DNA of 64,000 nucleotides from a plasmid: sequence record NZ_CP049260.1; one strand, 5' to 3'. Shown piece by piece: positions 20,418 to 30,360 of this stretch (position 1 is its first letter; each line of letters starts with the position of its first letter). The notes under the pieces were generated by a model. It saw only the letters and a program-made list of their open reading frames with translations, ran no database searches and was not told where the DNA came from. The position numbers and the translations under genes were made by a program.

Positions 20418-21953
20418 ATGCTGATGTCTGTTCAGAACACCCCCACTGCTGCCGGCGCCACGCAGGTACCGGAAACCACCGGCGGCGTTTACGCCTCGCT
20501 GTTTGAAAAAATTAACCTTCACCCGGTCGACGCGCTTGATGATATCGACGCCTGGCAGGACAGCCAGCGCCTGGCGGACGCCTCTGCCGATGAGCGCGTG
20601 ACCGCCGCGGTCCGGGTTTTCCTGGAGCGCCTGAAACAGTCCGGCCAGCAGGTTGAAAAGCTCGACAAAACGCTGCTTGACCACCATATCGCTGAGCTGG
20701 ACCGGCAAATCAGCCGCCAGCTGGATACGGTCATGCACCATCCGGAGTTTCAGCAGGTGGAATCGCTGTGGCGCGGCCTGAAGCATCTGGTGAACCGCAC
20801 CGACTACCGCCAGAACGTGCGCACGGAAATTCTCGATATCGCCAAAGAGGATTTGCGCCAGGACTTCGAGGACGCGCCGGAAATCATCCAGAGCGGCCTC
20901 TACTGGCACACCTACACGGCGGAATATGACACGCCCGGCGGTGAGCCGGTGGGCGCGGTGATTTCCTCGTATGAGTTTGACGCCAGTGCGCAGGATATGG
21001 CGCTGCTGCGTAACATCTCTAAAGTCTCCGCCGCGGCGCACATGCCGTTTATCGGTGCCGTCGGCCCGAAATTCTTCCTCAAAGATTCCATGGAAGAGGT
21101 GGCGGCGATTAAGGACATCGGCAACTACTTTGACCGCGCCGAATACATCAAGTGGAAATCCTTCCGCGACACCGACGATGCCCGCTATATCGGCCTGACC
21201 CTGCCGCGCGTGCTGGGCCGCCTGCCGTACGGCCCGGACACCGTGCCGGTGCGCAGCTTTAACTATGTGGAAGAGGTGAAAGGGCCGGACCACGAAAAAT
21301 ACCTGTGGACCAGCGCGTCGTTTGCCTTCGCGGCCAATATGGTGAAGAGCTTCATTAATAACGGCTGGTGCGTGCAGATCCGCGGCCCGCAGGCGGGCGG
21401 TGCGGTGCAGGACCTGCCGATTCATCTCTATGACCTCGGCACCGGCAATCAGGTGAAAATCCCGTCGGAAGTGATGATCCCGGAGACGCGTGAATTTGAG
21501 TTCGCGAACCTCGGTTTTATCCCGCTCTCCTACTACAAAAACCGCGACTACGCCTGCTTCTTCTCGGCGAACTCGGCGCAGAAACCGGCGCTGTACGACA
21601 CGCCGGACGCGACGGCCAACAGCCGCATCAACGCGCGCCTGCCGTATATCTTCCTGCTGTCACGCATCGCGCACTACCTGAAGCTGATTCAGCGCGAGAA
21701 CATCGGCACGACCAAAGACCGCCGTCTGCTGGAGCTGAACAACTGGGTGCGCGGTCTGGTGACGGAGATGACTGACCCGGGCGACGAGCTGCAGGCGTCA
21801 CACCCGCTGCGTGATGCGAAAGTGGTGGTGGAAGATATCGAAGACAACCCGGGCTTTTTCCGCGTCAGGTTGTACGCCGTGCCGCATTTCCAGGTGGAAG
21901 GCATGGACGTCAGCCTGTCGCTGGTGTCGCAGATGCCGAAAGCGAAGGCGTGA
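20418..21953 (+). CDS. tssC: T6SS contractile sheath large subunit TssC (VipB)
   Basis: 511 aa; conserved TssC blocks (..YASLFEKINL.., ..GPKFFLKDSMEEVA.., ..LPYGPDTVPV..). Confidence 0.9.
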   Translation: MLMSVQNTPTAAGATQVPETTGGVYASLFEKINLHPVDALDDIDAWQDSQRLADASADERVTAAVRVFLERLKQSGQQVEKLDKTLLDHHIAELDRQISRQLDTVMHHPEFQQVESLWRGLKHLVNRTDYRQNVRTEILDIAKEDLRQDFEDAPEIIQSGLYWHTYTAEYDTPGGEPVGAVISSYEFDASAQDMALLRNISKVSAAAHMPFIGAVGPKFFLKDSMEEVAAIKDIGNYFDRAEYIKWKSFRDTDDARYIGLTLPRVLGRLPYGPDTVPVRSFNYVEEVKGPDHEKYLWTSASFAFAANMVKSFINNGWCVQIRGPQAGGAVQDLPIHLYDLGTGNQVKIPSEVMIPETREFEFANLGFIPLSYYKNRDYACFFSANSAQKPALYDTPDATANSRINARLPYIFLLSRIAHYLKLIQRENIGTTKDRRLLELNNWVRGLVTEMTDPGDELQASHPLRDAKVVVEDIEDNPGFFRVRLYAVPHFQVEGMDVSLSLVSQMPKAKA

Positions 21954-21967
21954 CGGGCGGAGATGGA

Positions 21968-22559
21968 ATGAAGATATTTCGACCACTGTGGAACGAGGGG
22001 GCGCTGTTGTCCCCTCAGCAATTTCAGCAACAAGCCCGCTGGGACGCCTGGGTCGCGGATACGGTTGCCAGAATGACCCTGGCGAACCCGTGGGGAGTGC
22101 TTTGCGCAGAATTTGACGAAGGCGCGTTAACGCTCGCCAGGCTCAATGCGACGCGCCTGGTGGTACGCTTTGCCGACGGAACGCTGATTGACACCGATCT
22201 TGCCGATAATTTACCGCCGGTATGCGATTTATCCGGGCTGGAACAGGAAAGTGTCGACGTTTTACTTTGCCTGCCGCTCCTCAGTGCGAATGGCGGCAAT
22301 CTGGAGAATGGACAGGACAGCGCCCGTCCGCGCCGCTGGCAGTCTGAACGGGTACCCGGGCGTTAACAGCAGCTGGCATCTGGCCTGGCAGGCACCGGAT
22401 GGCCGGGTACTCAACTACACGCTGCGCACTGAAGCCGGTGAAGGGCCGCTGGCGCTACTCAGGCTTCGTCATTTTACGCTACCGGACAACATTTTTATCG
22501 TCAGCGCCTCTGATGCCATGCATGACGACAATGTCGGTGACGATGAACCGTCATTGTGA
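21968..22559 (+). pseudogene. tssK: tssK remnant (baseplate TssK N-terminus, truncated and frameshifted)
   Basis: MKIFRPLWNEGALLSPQQFQQQARWD is the canonical TssK N-terminus but the frame stops at 22366 (133 aa); continues in another frame to 22559; total span about 590 bp versus about 1.3 kb expected. Confidence 0.55.
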
Positions 22560-22607
22560 CCCCCTCCAGCCTTTAATTTTCTTTCTGAAATGTCATAGCG
22601 GTTATTT

Positions 22608-24371
22608 ATGGATGATTTAACGCTGCGTTATTTTGACGCTGAAATGCGCTATTTGCGCGAGGCAGCAAAAGAGTTTGCCCAAACGCACCCTGACCGGGCG
22701 GCAATGCTTGATCTCGACAAAGCCGGGACACCGGATCCGTATGTCGAGCGCCTGTTCGAAGGTTTTGCGTTTTCGGTCGGACGTCTTCGCGAGAAGATTG
22801 ACGACGATTTGCCGGAGCTCACCGAAGGGCTGGTCAGTATGCTGTGGCCGCACTATCTGCGCACCGTGCCCTCGCTGTCGGTCGTGGCGCTGACACCGCA
22901 ATTATCGGCGATGAAAATGGCGGAAACGGTCCCTGCCGGGCTGGAGATCTATTCGCGCCCGGTAGGCCCTAAACATACCGTGTGCCGCTATCGCACCACC
23001 CGTGATGTGACGCTGAACCCGCTTGCGATATCACAGGTTGCCATGACCGTGGAGCCTGACGGGCGTTCCGTGCTGCGTATCCGTTTCGCCTGCAGCGAAC
23101 AGGCCGACTGGCGACAGGTGGATCTGCGCCATCTGCCGATGTATCTCGGCGAGGACGCCATAACGGGCAATGCGCTCCACTTCATGCTGACTAAACGTCA
23201 GGCGGCTCTCTATCTGCGGCTGCCGGGACAGACAGAACGAATAAAACTGGATGGCTATTTTTCTCCAGGCGGGTTTGGCGACGACGACATGCTATGGCCG
23301 AAAGGCGATAGCGCCTTCAGCGGCTGGCAGCTTTTGCTGGAGTACTTCACCTTTCGTGAAAAGTTTATGTTCGTTCATCTTAACGGTCTTGAAGGGGTTA
23401 CATTGCCGCCGGGAACGTCGCATTTTGACATCGACGTGGTGTTCAGCCAGCTCTGGCAGGCCGATTTACCCGTCACCGACAGCGCGCTGCGCCTGCACTG
23501 TGTGCCGGTCATTAACCTGTTCACGCTGGAGGCCGATCCGCTGACGATAAACGGGCTGGAAAACGAATATCTGTTGCGTCCGAAGCGCCTGCAGGACGGG
23601 CATACCGAAATTTATTCCGTGGATGCGGTCACCGGATCGGGCCGAACCGGCGAGGCCCGGTATGTGCCTTTCACCAGCTTTCGTCATCAGGGCGGCATGA
23701 TGCGCCGTCACGCGCCTGAACGTTACTACCACACCCGCGTAAAGCGTGGCGTCACCGGAATGCATGATACCTGGCTTATTCTGGGCGGCGAGAAGTGGGA
23801 GAGGGATCGGATGCTGGAGAAAGAAACCATCTCATTGCGCATCACCTGCACCAACGGACAACTGCCGCGCCGGGCTTTGCAAAGCACGCTGCTGGATCGT
23901 TGTGAACAAGTCACGGAAACGCCACTGACCGTTCGTAATCTGTGTAAGCCAACGCTACCCGCGTATCCCCCCGTCGAGGACCGTTTCCACTGGCGAGTAA
24001 TGAGTCATCTGGGCACACGATTTATCAACATGATGAGCAACGCAGAAGTGCTTCGCGGCACGCTGGCGCTGTACAACTGGCGTGATGATGAACTGAATAA
24101 CCGTCGGCTGGAGGCGATCCTCGCGATAAATCACTACCGCATTCAGCGGTTTGAAGACGGTTTTCTTTTACGTGGGCTCGACATCGAAGTCACGCTCGAC
24201 AGTCACGGTTTTACGGGCGAAGGCGATATCCACCTCTTCGGGGAAATGCTCAACCGCTTCTTCGCGCGCTATGCCGATATGAACCAGTTTAATCAGCTAA
24301 CGTTTATTGTTCAGCCAGAAGGGAAATGTATCCGTTGGAAAGAGAATCACAGTCCGCGCCTGCCCGGCTGA
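22608..24371 (+). CDS. tssF: T6SS baseplate protein TssF
   Basis: 587 aa; N-terminus MDDLTLRYFDAEMRYLREAAKEFAQTHPDRAAMLD typical of TssF/ImpG. Confidence 0.85.
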   Translation: MDDLTLRYFDAEMRYLREAAKEFAQTHPDRAAMLDLDKAGTPDPYVERLFEGFAFSVGRLREKIDDDLPELTEGLVSMLWPHYLRTVPSLSVVALTPQLSAMKMAETVPAGLEIYSRPVGPKHTVCRYRTTRDVTLNPLAISQVAMTVEPDGRSVLRIRFACSEQADWRQVDLRHLPMYLGEDAITGNALHFMLTKRQAALYLRLPGQTERIKLDGYFSPGGFGDDDMLWPKGDSAFSGWQLLLEYFTFREKFMFVHLNGLEGVTLPPGTSHFDIDVVFSQLWQADLPVTDSALRLHCVPVINLFTLEADPLTINGLENEYLLRPKRLQDGHTEIYSVDAVTGSGRTGEARYVPFTSFRHQGGMMRRHAPERYYHTRVKRGVTGMHDTWLILGGEKWERDRMLEKETISLRITCTNGQLPRRALQSTLLDRCEQVTETPLTVRNLCKPTLPAYPPVEDRFHWRVMSHLGTRFINMMSNAEVLRGTLALYNWRDDELNNRRLEAILAINHYRIQRFEDGFLLRGLDIEVTLDSHGFTGEGDIHLFGEMLNRFFARYADMNQFNQLTFIVQPEGKCIRWKENHSPRLPG

Positions 24372-25423
24372 AGGAAGAGACGCGGCAACAGCTGCCGTAT
24401 ATGAATTTTTATCGGTTTTGTCAGTGGCTTGAGCGAAGCCATCCGGGGCTTCCTGTTACCGGGAGCGACTGGCAACTTCGCCATGAGCCGGTACGTTTTC
24501 GCCCGCATCCGGGTATGGGATTTCCGGCTGGTGAAATACGCGGCTCAGAGACCAGCGAACATCCGCATCTCCCGCCGACAGTACGTATCACTTTCATGGG
24601 GCTTTATGGTATTGAGGCACCGTTGCCGACGCAGTATATCGACGACATCGCGCAGCGGCGGGAAGGCTACGAGGCGACGTGCGATTTTCTCGATATCTTT
24701 AATCACCGGTTAATAGCCCAGTACTACCGCATCTGGCGAAAATATTCGTATCCCGCCACCTTTCAGTCAGGCGGAGTGGATAACACCTCACAGTATCTGC
24801 TCGGCCTCGTGGGGCTTGGCATCCCTGGCTGCGCATCTGCCGCGGGTACGCCACTTTCACGTTTTCTGGCGCTGTTGCCTGTAATGATGTTGCCCGGACG
24901 CACGGCAGAAGGCCTGGGCGCGCTGGTCAGGCTTCTTGCGCCACAAACGCAGGCTGCGGTATTTCATCACGACCGCTGCCGTGTTCCGCTGAAAGCGTCC
25001 GCCAGAATGAGTATGCGGCAGCCGCTTAGCCTGAAGCATCGTCCCGTCATGGGAACCTACGCCACCGACGTTAATGGTCAGGTCCTATTGATGCTCACCA
25101 CTGACGATGCCGAAGAGGACCGGGGCTGGCTGCCTGAGGGAGAGCTTAACCGCGATCTTAACGCGCTACTGCACGTCTATCTCGGCGTGCACCTTAATGT
25201 GCGAATGCAGCTGCGCGTACCGCGGCACTTATTAGCGGATGCCCGCCTGTGCTGTAAGCCGGAATATCCCGTGCAACTGGGCCGCACGGCGTTGCTGAAG
25301 CCGCTTAATGCCGCTGCGCGGCGCAATAATGAGATGATTACCATTCCTCTGGGCCGTTGGGAACAGGTTCAGGAAAACATTCACCGTAGGGAGAGCGATG
25401 AAGATGGCGAATACCGCTGGTAA
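24326..25423 (+). CDS. tssG: T6SS baseplate protein TssG
   Basis: FYRFCQWLERS....RITFMGLYG is a TssG/ImpH signature; start either 24326 (46 nt overlap with tssF) or 24401. Confidence 0.75.
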   Translation: MYPLERESQSAPARLKEETRQQLPYMNFYRFCQWLERSHPGLPVTGSDWQLRHEPVRFRPHPGMGFPAGEIRGSETSEHPHLPPTVRITFMGLYGIEAPLPTQYIDDIAQRREGYEATCDFLDIFNHRLIAQYYRIWRKYSYPATFQSGGVDNTSQYLLGLVGLGIPGCASAAGTPLSRFLALLPVMMLPGRTAEGLGALVRLLAPQTQAAVFHHDRCRVPLKASARMSMRQPLSLKHRPVMGTYATDVNGQVLLMLTTDDAEEDRGWLPEGELNRDLNALLHVYLGVHLNVRMQLRVPRHLLADARLCCKPEYPVQLGRTALLKPLNAAARRNNEMITIPLGRWEQVQENIHRRESDEDGEYRW

Positions 25424-25931
25424 AGTGGTGGCTGTAATGCTGACGATGGCAGTGCTGGCGGGCTGTGGGTTGACGCAAAAAGTCACAGACGGCGCCGCCT
25501 CAGTGACCCGCTCGCTGTTCTTCAGACAGATAAAAACGCTGCATCTGGATATTCGGGCAAGGGAAGGCGTCAATAACAATGAGAGCGGGGCGGCGCTGGC
25601 GACGGTCGTGCGTATTTACCAGCTGAAAGACCGTAAGGCGTTTGACAGCACTGATTACCCCTCGCTATTCGCCGATGACAGCCAGGCCATTAAAGCGGAT
25701 CTGGTCGCTGAAAAAGATATCCAGTTGCGGCCGGGAGAATCATTCACTCTGGATATGCCTCTGGAGGAGACGGCGCAGTATGTGGCCGTGGCGGGGATGT
25801 TTATGGCCCCTGACGACACCAACGATAGCTGGCGTCTGGTGCTGTCACGCGACGATCTCGAACCGGATACGCCGAGAATTATTGAGGCCAGCAATAATCG
25901 CCTCACGCTTCAGCCGGTTAACGACAAATAA
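25398..25931 (+). CDS. tssJ: T6SS outer-membrane lipoprotein TssJ
   Basis: 177 aa; signal peptide with LAGC lipobox; SciN/VasD-like size; overlaps tssG end. Confidence 0.8.
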   Translation: MKMANTAGKVVAVMLTMAVLAGCGLTQKVTDGAASVTRSLFFRQIKTLHLDIRAREGVNNNESGAALATVVRIYQLKDRKAFDSTDYPSLFADDSQAIKADLVAEKDIQLRPGESFTLDMPLEETAQYVAVAGMFMAPDDTNDSWRLVLSRDDLEPDTPRIIEASNNRLTLQPVNDK

Positions 25932-25935
25932 AGAA

Positions 25936-25966
25936 AGGGCCACCCGCAAAAGTGGCCCTTTTTATT
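25936..25966 (+). terminator. rho-independent terminator after tssJ
   Basis: aagggccac-ccgcaaaa-gtggccctt followed by TTTTATT. Confidence 0.6.
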
Positions 25967-26714
25967 ACTTACAGGCCACCAGATCGGCCATCTGTTCCGC
26001 GTTCGGCAGGCCGATTATCTGCTGAAGCAGTCGGTCCTTGTTCAGATAATAAATCGCTGGCGTGCCGTTTGCGCCAAGTTGCGTCATCAGCTGCTGGTTA
26101 TACTGAATCTGCTTAAAGGCCGCAGGCGACGTTTTTTCCGGCAGCGCCGGTTTGTTTTTCCCTGCTGAGCTTTCAAGATCCTGCCAGGTTTTTTGCGGAT
26201 CGTCGGAGCCCAGCACCGCGGCGGCGTAGCGCCCGCTGTCAGGGCGGATCACGCCCACCAGCAGCGTTTTCAGGCTGATGCTTTTATCGTTGAGGTACGG
26301 CTGCGCCTGCTCCCAGAACTTATGGCAGTAAGGGCAGAACGGATCGGCGAACACCACCACTTTGCACGCGGCCTGCTCGCTGCCTTCGTGAATGCCCTTC
26401 GCCTGATCCAGCGTTTTCCACATTTCGCGCCCGGCCGGGATGTACAGCTCGTCGTTAATCAGCTTTTCACTGAGGTTATTGCCCTGCGCGTCATACATAT
26501 AGCCGGTGATGACATGCTTTTTATCGGGCGTCAGATAAAGCGTCACGCCGGTGTCCTGATATTTACCGAGCCATGCCTGAACGCCGCCCGGTGCGGTGAA
26601 AGGCTTGATAATCGTAATGCCCTGTTTTTCCAGCTGCTTTACCGGCTCCGGTAAATCATCAGCCTGCGCGTGGAAAGCCGCGAGCAGCGCGCCCGCCGTC
26701 AGTAACTTTTTCAT
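25965..26714 (-). CDS. DsbG/ScsC-like periplasmic disulfide isomerase
   Basis: signal peptide, thioredoxin fold with CPYC active site, 249 aa; start overlaps upstream DsbD-like gene by 4 nt. Confidence 0.75.
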   Translation of the reverse strand: MKKLLTAGALLAAFHAQADDLPEPVKQLEKQGITIIKPFTAPGGVQAWLGKYQDTGVTLYLTPDKKHVITGYMYDAQGNNLSEKLINDELYIPAGREMWKTLDQAKGIHEGSEQAACKVVVFADPFCPYCHKFWEQAQPYLNDKSISLKTLLVGVIRPDSGRYAAAVLGSDDPQKTWQDLESSAGKNKPALPEKTSPAAFKQIQYNQQLMTQLGANGTPAIYYLNKDRLLQQIIGLPNAEQMADLVACK

Positions 26715-28732
26715 TGTCTGTCCTTATTCATTGTCTGAGAGGTGGCCGCGCCGGCGTTATCCAGCGCGCTAAGCAGTTCCGTTTTATTGAGCAGCGAGGA
26801 GAGCACTTTGCCATCCGGTATAGCAGGGCCGAACACGGCGTTAAACGGAATGCCGCTTGCGCCGTGGCGGCGCAAAAATGCTTCAATTTCCGCAGATGGC
26901 TTGCTCCAGTTACCCTGTAACAGCACCACGTCATTCTGATGCAGCGCGTCTACGACATCGGGGCGGTGCAGCACCAACACTTCATTGACCTTACAGTTCA
27001 GGCACCAGTCGGCGGTGATATCGACAAGCACCCGTTTATGCGCGGCAAGCGCGTTATCAAGCGCCGCCTGGCTGAAGGGCTGCCAGTGAAGCGGCCCTTC
27101 GCGGCGGCCGTCCGGTGCAGGTGCCAGAAACGCGTATAACCCGGCACCGAACAGCACGCCGAACGCCAGCGTTCGCAGGTTTTCCCGATGGCGCGGCAGT
27201 TTTACTGCGCAGCGCCAGAGAAACAGCGCAATCATCAGACCGCCTGCGATAAGAACGTAGCGCGCGCCCCATTCCTTCGCCAGCAGCGACATCAGCCAGA
27301 GGCTGGAGCCAAGCATCAGCAGCACCAGCACCAGGCGCAGCTTACTCATCCACGGGCCGGGCCGCGGCAGCCAGCGCGCCACGCCGGGCCTCAGGCTGAC
27401 GAGCAGCCACGGCAGGCTCATGCCGGTGCCGAGCGCGAGGAAAATCAACCACAGCTCCGGTAACGGCGCGGCCAGCGCAAAAGCGACGGCAGTGCCGAGA
27501 AAGGGCGCAGTGCAGGGCGTTGCCAGCAGCGTCGCGAAGGCGCCTTCCAGAAAACTGCCGCCCACGCCCTGGCCACCCGCCGTGGCGAGCCGGGTAGTGA
27601 GCGCGGCGGGCAGCCTGATCTCCATCACGCCCGCGAGGCTAAAACAGAAAGCCCAGGTCACGACCGCCATGGTGGCGATAAATCCGGCATGCTGGAACTG
27701 AAATCCCCAGCCCGTCCACGCGCCCGAGAGCCGCAGCGCGCTCATGATGGCTGCCAGCACCAGGAATGAGAAAATCATCCCGGCGCTGGTGGCGAGAAAG
27801 CGGATGCGGGTCTGGCGACGGTCCGCCTGCGCCAGCGTCATCAGCGAGGCGAGCTTCATCCCCATCACCGGCAACACGCAGGGCATCAGGTTCAGAATAA
27901 GCCCGCCGAGCAGCGCCACCGCGGTGGCCTGCCAGAACAGCGGCGCGCCGTCCGGTTTTACCGTCATCTGCTGGCTGGTAACCCCACTACTGAGCACCAG
28001 CGAAACCGCCTGAATACGGCTGGCGTCTGTGGGTTCGCCACGTTCGTTGAGGGCGGTGAAATGTGCTGTGAGCGTGTCGCCTGAAGGTTCCAGCACGGGC
28101 ACCGAAAGCGACACGTTGTCAGGGTTATCGGCAAACAGCGCCGGTTGCGGCCAGCCATCGGGTGAGGTCGCCGTCAGGCTGAGCGTTGAACCGTGCGCGG
28201 CAACATTCGTCACCGTAATGTTGCCGGTGTCTGGCGGAACGGTCGCCATTGCCGCGTTCCAGTCATCATCAAAACCAGGCGACGGGCCATCGGCCAGATC
28301 GACATCCAGCGGGAAGGTGTTCACCACGCAGAGGTTGCTGCACAGCGATAGCGTCAGCGTGCCGCGCAGCCGCGCGGTTTCAGTGGTAGTGACTTCCAGC
28401 GGGAAGGTCACGCCGTCATGATAGCCGACCGAGCTGAACCCGGCGGCGTCAAAGCGCACCGGCTGCGGCCAGTGCCAGGTGGTCTGCGCTGGTGTTGACC
28501 AGTCAATAACGGGCCGGAACCCGCCGTCGCCAGGTGTTCGCCAGTAGGTTTTCCAGCCTTTATCGAGCGTGATAGCCAGCAGCAGACGCACTTTGCCATC
28601 GGCGGGCGCGTCGCTGCGTACCTGAATATGGGCGTGGGAAGACTGCGCGGGTGGCAGCCAGCCGCTGTCCGCAGCCCAGGCCGCAGACATGCTGAGCGCC
28701 AGAAGCCACAGGCTTCTGAAAAGCATTTTCAT
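26711..28732 (-). CDS. DsbD/ScsB-family membrane thiol:disulfide reductase
   Basis: 673 aa: signal peptide, N-terminal periplasmic domain, central 8-TM core with Cys pairs, C-terminal thioredoxin domain with WCxxC (ADWCLNCKV). Confidence 0.8.
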   Translation of the reverse strand: MKMLFRSLWLLALSMSAAWAADSGWLPPAQSSHAHIQVRSDAPADGKVRLLLAITLDKGWKTYWRTPGDGGFRPVIDWSTPAQTTWHWPQPVRFDAAGFSSVGYHDGVTFPLEVTTTETARLRGTLTLSLCSNLCVVNTFPLDVDLADGPSPGFDDDWNAAMATVPPDTGNITVTNVAAHGSTLSLTATSPDGWPQPALFADNPDNVSLSVPVLEPSGDTLTAHFTALNERGEPTDASRIQAVSLVLSSGVTSQQMTVKPDGAPLFWQATAVALLGGLILNLMPCVLPVMGMKLASLMTLAQADRRQTRIRFLATSAGMIFSFLVLAAIMSALRLSGAWTGWGFQFQHAGFIATMAVVTWAFCFSLAGVMEIRLPAALTTRLATAGGQGVGGSFLEGAFATLLATPCTAPFLGTAVAFALAAPLPELWLIFLALGTGMSLPWLLVSLRPGVARWLPRPGPWMSKLRLVLVLLMLGSSLWLMSLLAKEWGARYVLIAGGLMIALFLWRCAVKLPRHRENLRTLAFGVLFGAGLYAFLAPAPDGRREGPLHWQPFSQAALDNALAAHKRVLVDITADWCLNCKVNEVLVLHRPDVVDALHQNDVVLLQGNWSKPSAEIEAFLRRHGASGIPFNAVFGPAIPDGKVLSSLLNKTELLSALDNAGAATSQTMNKDRQ

Positions 28733-28778
28733 CTATTTTCTCCATGAATAATTAACTGAGCAGGACGAACCCGGTCAG

Positions 28779-29168
28779 TCATTCACGGAAGACGCAGTTT
28801 TTAAGGTGTATTCGTAATAGCGGAGGGCGCGGGATCGCATCCGGCAGGGCGCGGACGTTCACGGTGACCAGCACAGCAAGCAGGATAACCAGCAGGCCGG
28901 GCAAGAGAATGATGGTGTCGAAGTGGAGCGGCTGCGCGGCAAGGAGTGAGTGTGCGCTGAGTTCACACGGGGAGAGCGACGGCGTGGTCGCTTCATGACC
29001 ACTGTTTTGCGTCGCGAGGCTGATCTCAGCCGCCTTGACCTGCATCTGATGCAGAATGCTGGCGCGCTGGGTCAGGCAAATCAGCATCACGCAACAGGCA
29101 ATGACCAAAAGCAGTGTTGCTTTCAGTTGCTGGTTTTTTGTGTAAGCGGAGCCTGCGGTCGTCATCAT
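28779..29168 (-). CDS. small membrane protein upstream of the DsbD-like gene (ScsA-like position); start uncertain
   Basis: hydrophobic segments LLLVIACCVMLICL and LLPGLLVILLAVLV; longer ORF to 29372 overlaps neighbouring gene. Confidence 0.3.
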   Translation of the reverse strand: MMTTAGSAYTKNQQLKATLLLVIACCVMLICLTQRASILHQMQVKAAEISLATQNSGHEATTPSLSPCELSAHSLLAAQPLHFDTIILLPGLLVILLAVLVTVNVRALPDAIPRPPLLRIHLKNCVFRE

Positions 29169-29281
29169 CGGCAAAAGAATAGTGAGCGCCCGGTTATCGG
29201 GCAAGCGCTGTTTTGTAAAGTAATCATGACAATTCACGCAAAGCCATTCAGCGCGGCAATAAAACCCGCCCGCAGGCAAGC

Positions 29282-29542
29282 TCAGCCGCGATCGTCTTTC
29301 GGCCCCAGAAAATAGAACGCGAAGGGAAGCGAGATGATAAACGAGAACGGCACGCTGTAAATCAGCACCCACGCACCCTGCATGATAAACATCGACGCAC
29401 TCCAGTGCTCCATCGGCATGTTGTACTGCTCTTCCACGCCCTCAAACGTGACGCGGGAGACGACCGTCAGTACGGTGATGAAGACAATCACCAGCGCTGT
29501 CAGAAATTTTTTCCCGTCACGGGTACGCAGTTTTTCCAGCAT
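29282..29542 (-). CDS. small two-TM membrane protein (86 aa)
   Basis: MLEKLRTRDGKKFLTALVIVFITVLTVV...; GGAGAG RBS 4 nt upstream of ATG 29542. Confidence 0.45.
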   Translation of the reverse strand: MLEKLRTRDGKKFLTALVIVFITVLTVVSRVTFEGVEEQYNMPMEHWSASMFIMQGAWVLIYSVPFSFIISLPFAFYFLGPKDDRG

Positions 29543-29869
29543 GATCTCTCCGATTTGTTTTCCCGCGGTGTTTTGGCGTTTGTACCTGCTGGCGACGCCA
29601 TGTGGTTGCATAAACAGCGAGAATGAAAAGTGGCGCAAGTGTATCGTAAATGGCAGACGAATGTTACGGTCTGGAGGCAGATGCCGCGGTGTCGATATCA
29701 AGTTTAATAGTGCGCGCAATCTATCTTATGTTAAATAACCATATTGTGGCCGATAATTTCCGGTTTTCAGTTGCCACTCTTCTCCATGTCATGCTTACTA
29801 TAAAACGTTTATCACAAAGCCGGCTCCTGCGCTTATCAACAGCGTAAACGACAAAGAGAAAAGCATTTT

Positions 29870-30258
29870 ATGACAGCTCCAGAACTGACGTTTTATGAGG
29901 ATGATGAAGGAATTTCCGTTGACCTGGTGTTATCGGCGTTTGGCGAAAACCCTGTCCAGTGCATAAATCTGGATGCTGATACAGTCGATAAAAAATATCA
30001 GGCTGATATTCATTTTCTTATTAAGAATCAAAATGCTTTTCTTGAGAAAATCACTGATGAAGCCAGCGAATACTGCCAGCGAGTGTATGGTTGCGCTGCA
30101 AAAAATCTTCTCCTGATAAAATTTATCTTTCTCCTGAGACGGAAAAAAGTTTTGGATTTATGTTTTCTGTCGATGTGGATCCCGAACACGGATTGGGATT
30201 GAAATTCAATGGGTTGCAGTTGATGAAAACAGGTAGTAGCGAAGCGGCATTTTTATAG
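29870..30258 (+). pseudogene. frameshifted small gene in AT-rich islet
   Basis: ORF 29870..30202 changes frame near 30105-30125 (A-run) and continues ..DKIYLSPETEKSFGFMFSVDVDPEHGLGLKFNGLQLMKTGSSEAAFL to TAG at 30258; neither half is a plausible standalone gene. Confidence 0.3.
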
Positions 30259-30360
30259 TATTTTAAAGCAATCTGGCGTGAACTTATCTTTAACTTTCAA
30301 GATAATATCTCTACTGATAGATTGAAAGAGCCAGTCACCCTAACTCAGAGAAGGAAAAGT

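Noticed and set aside
20406-21425. 339-aa minus-strand ORF antisense to tssC
   Set aside because: TssC on the plus strand is unambiguous; the antisense translation is Arg/Ala/His-rich
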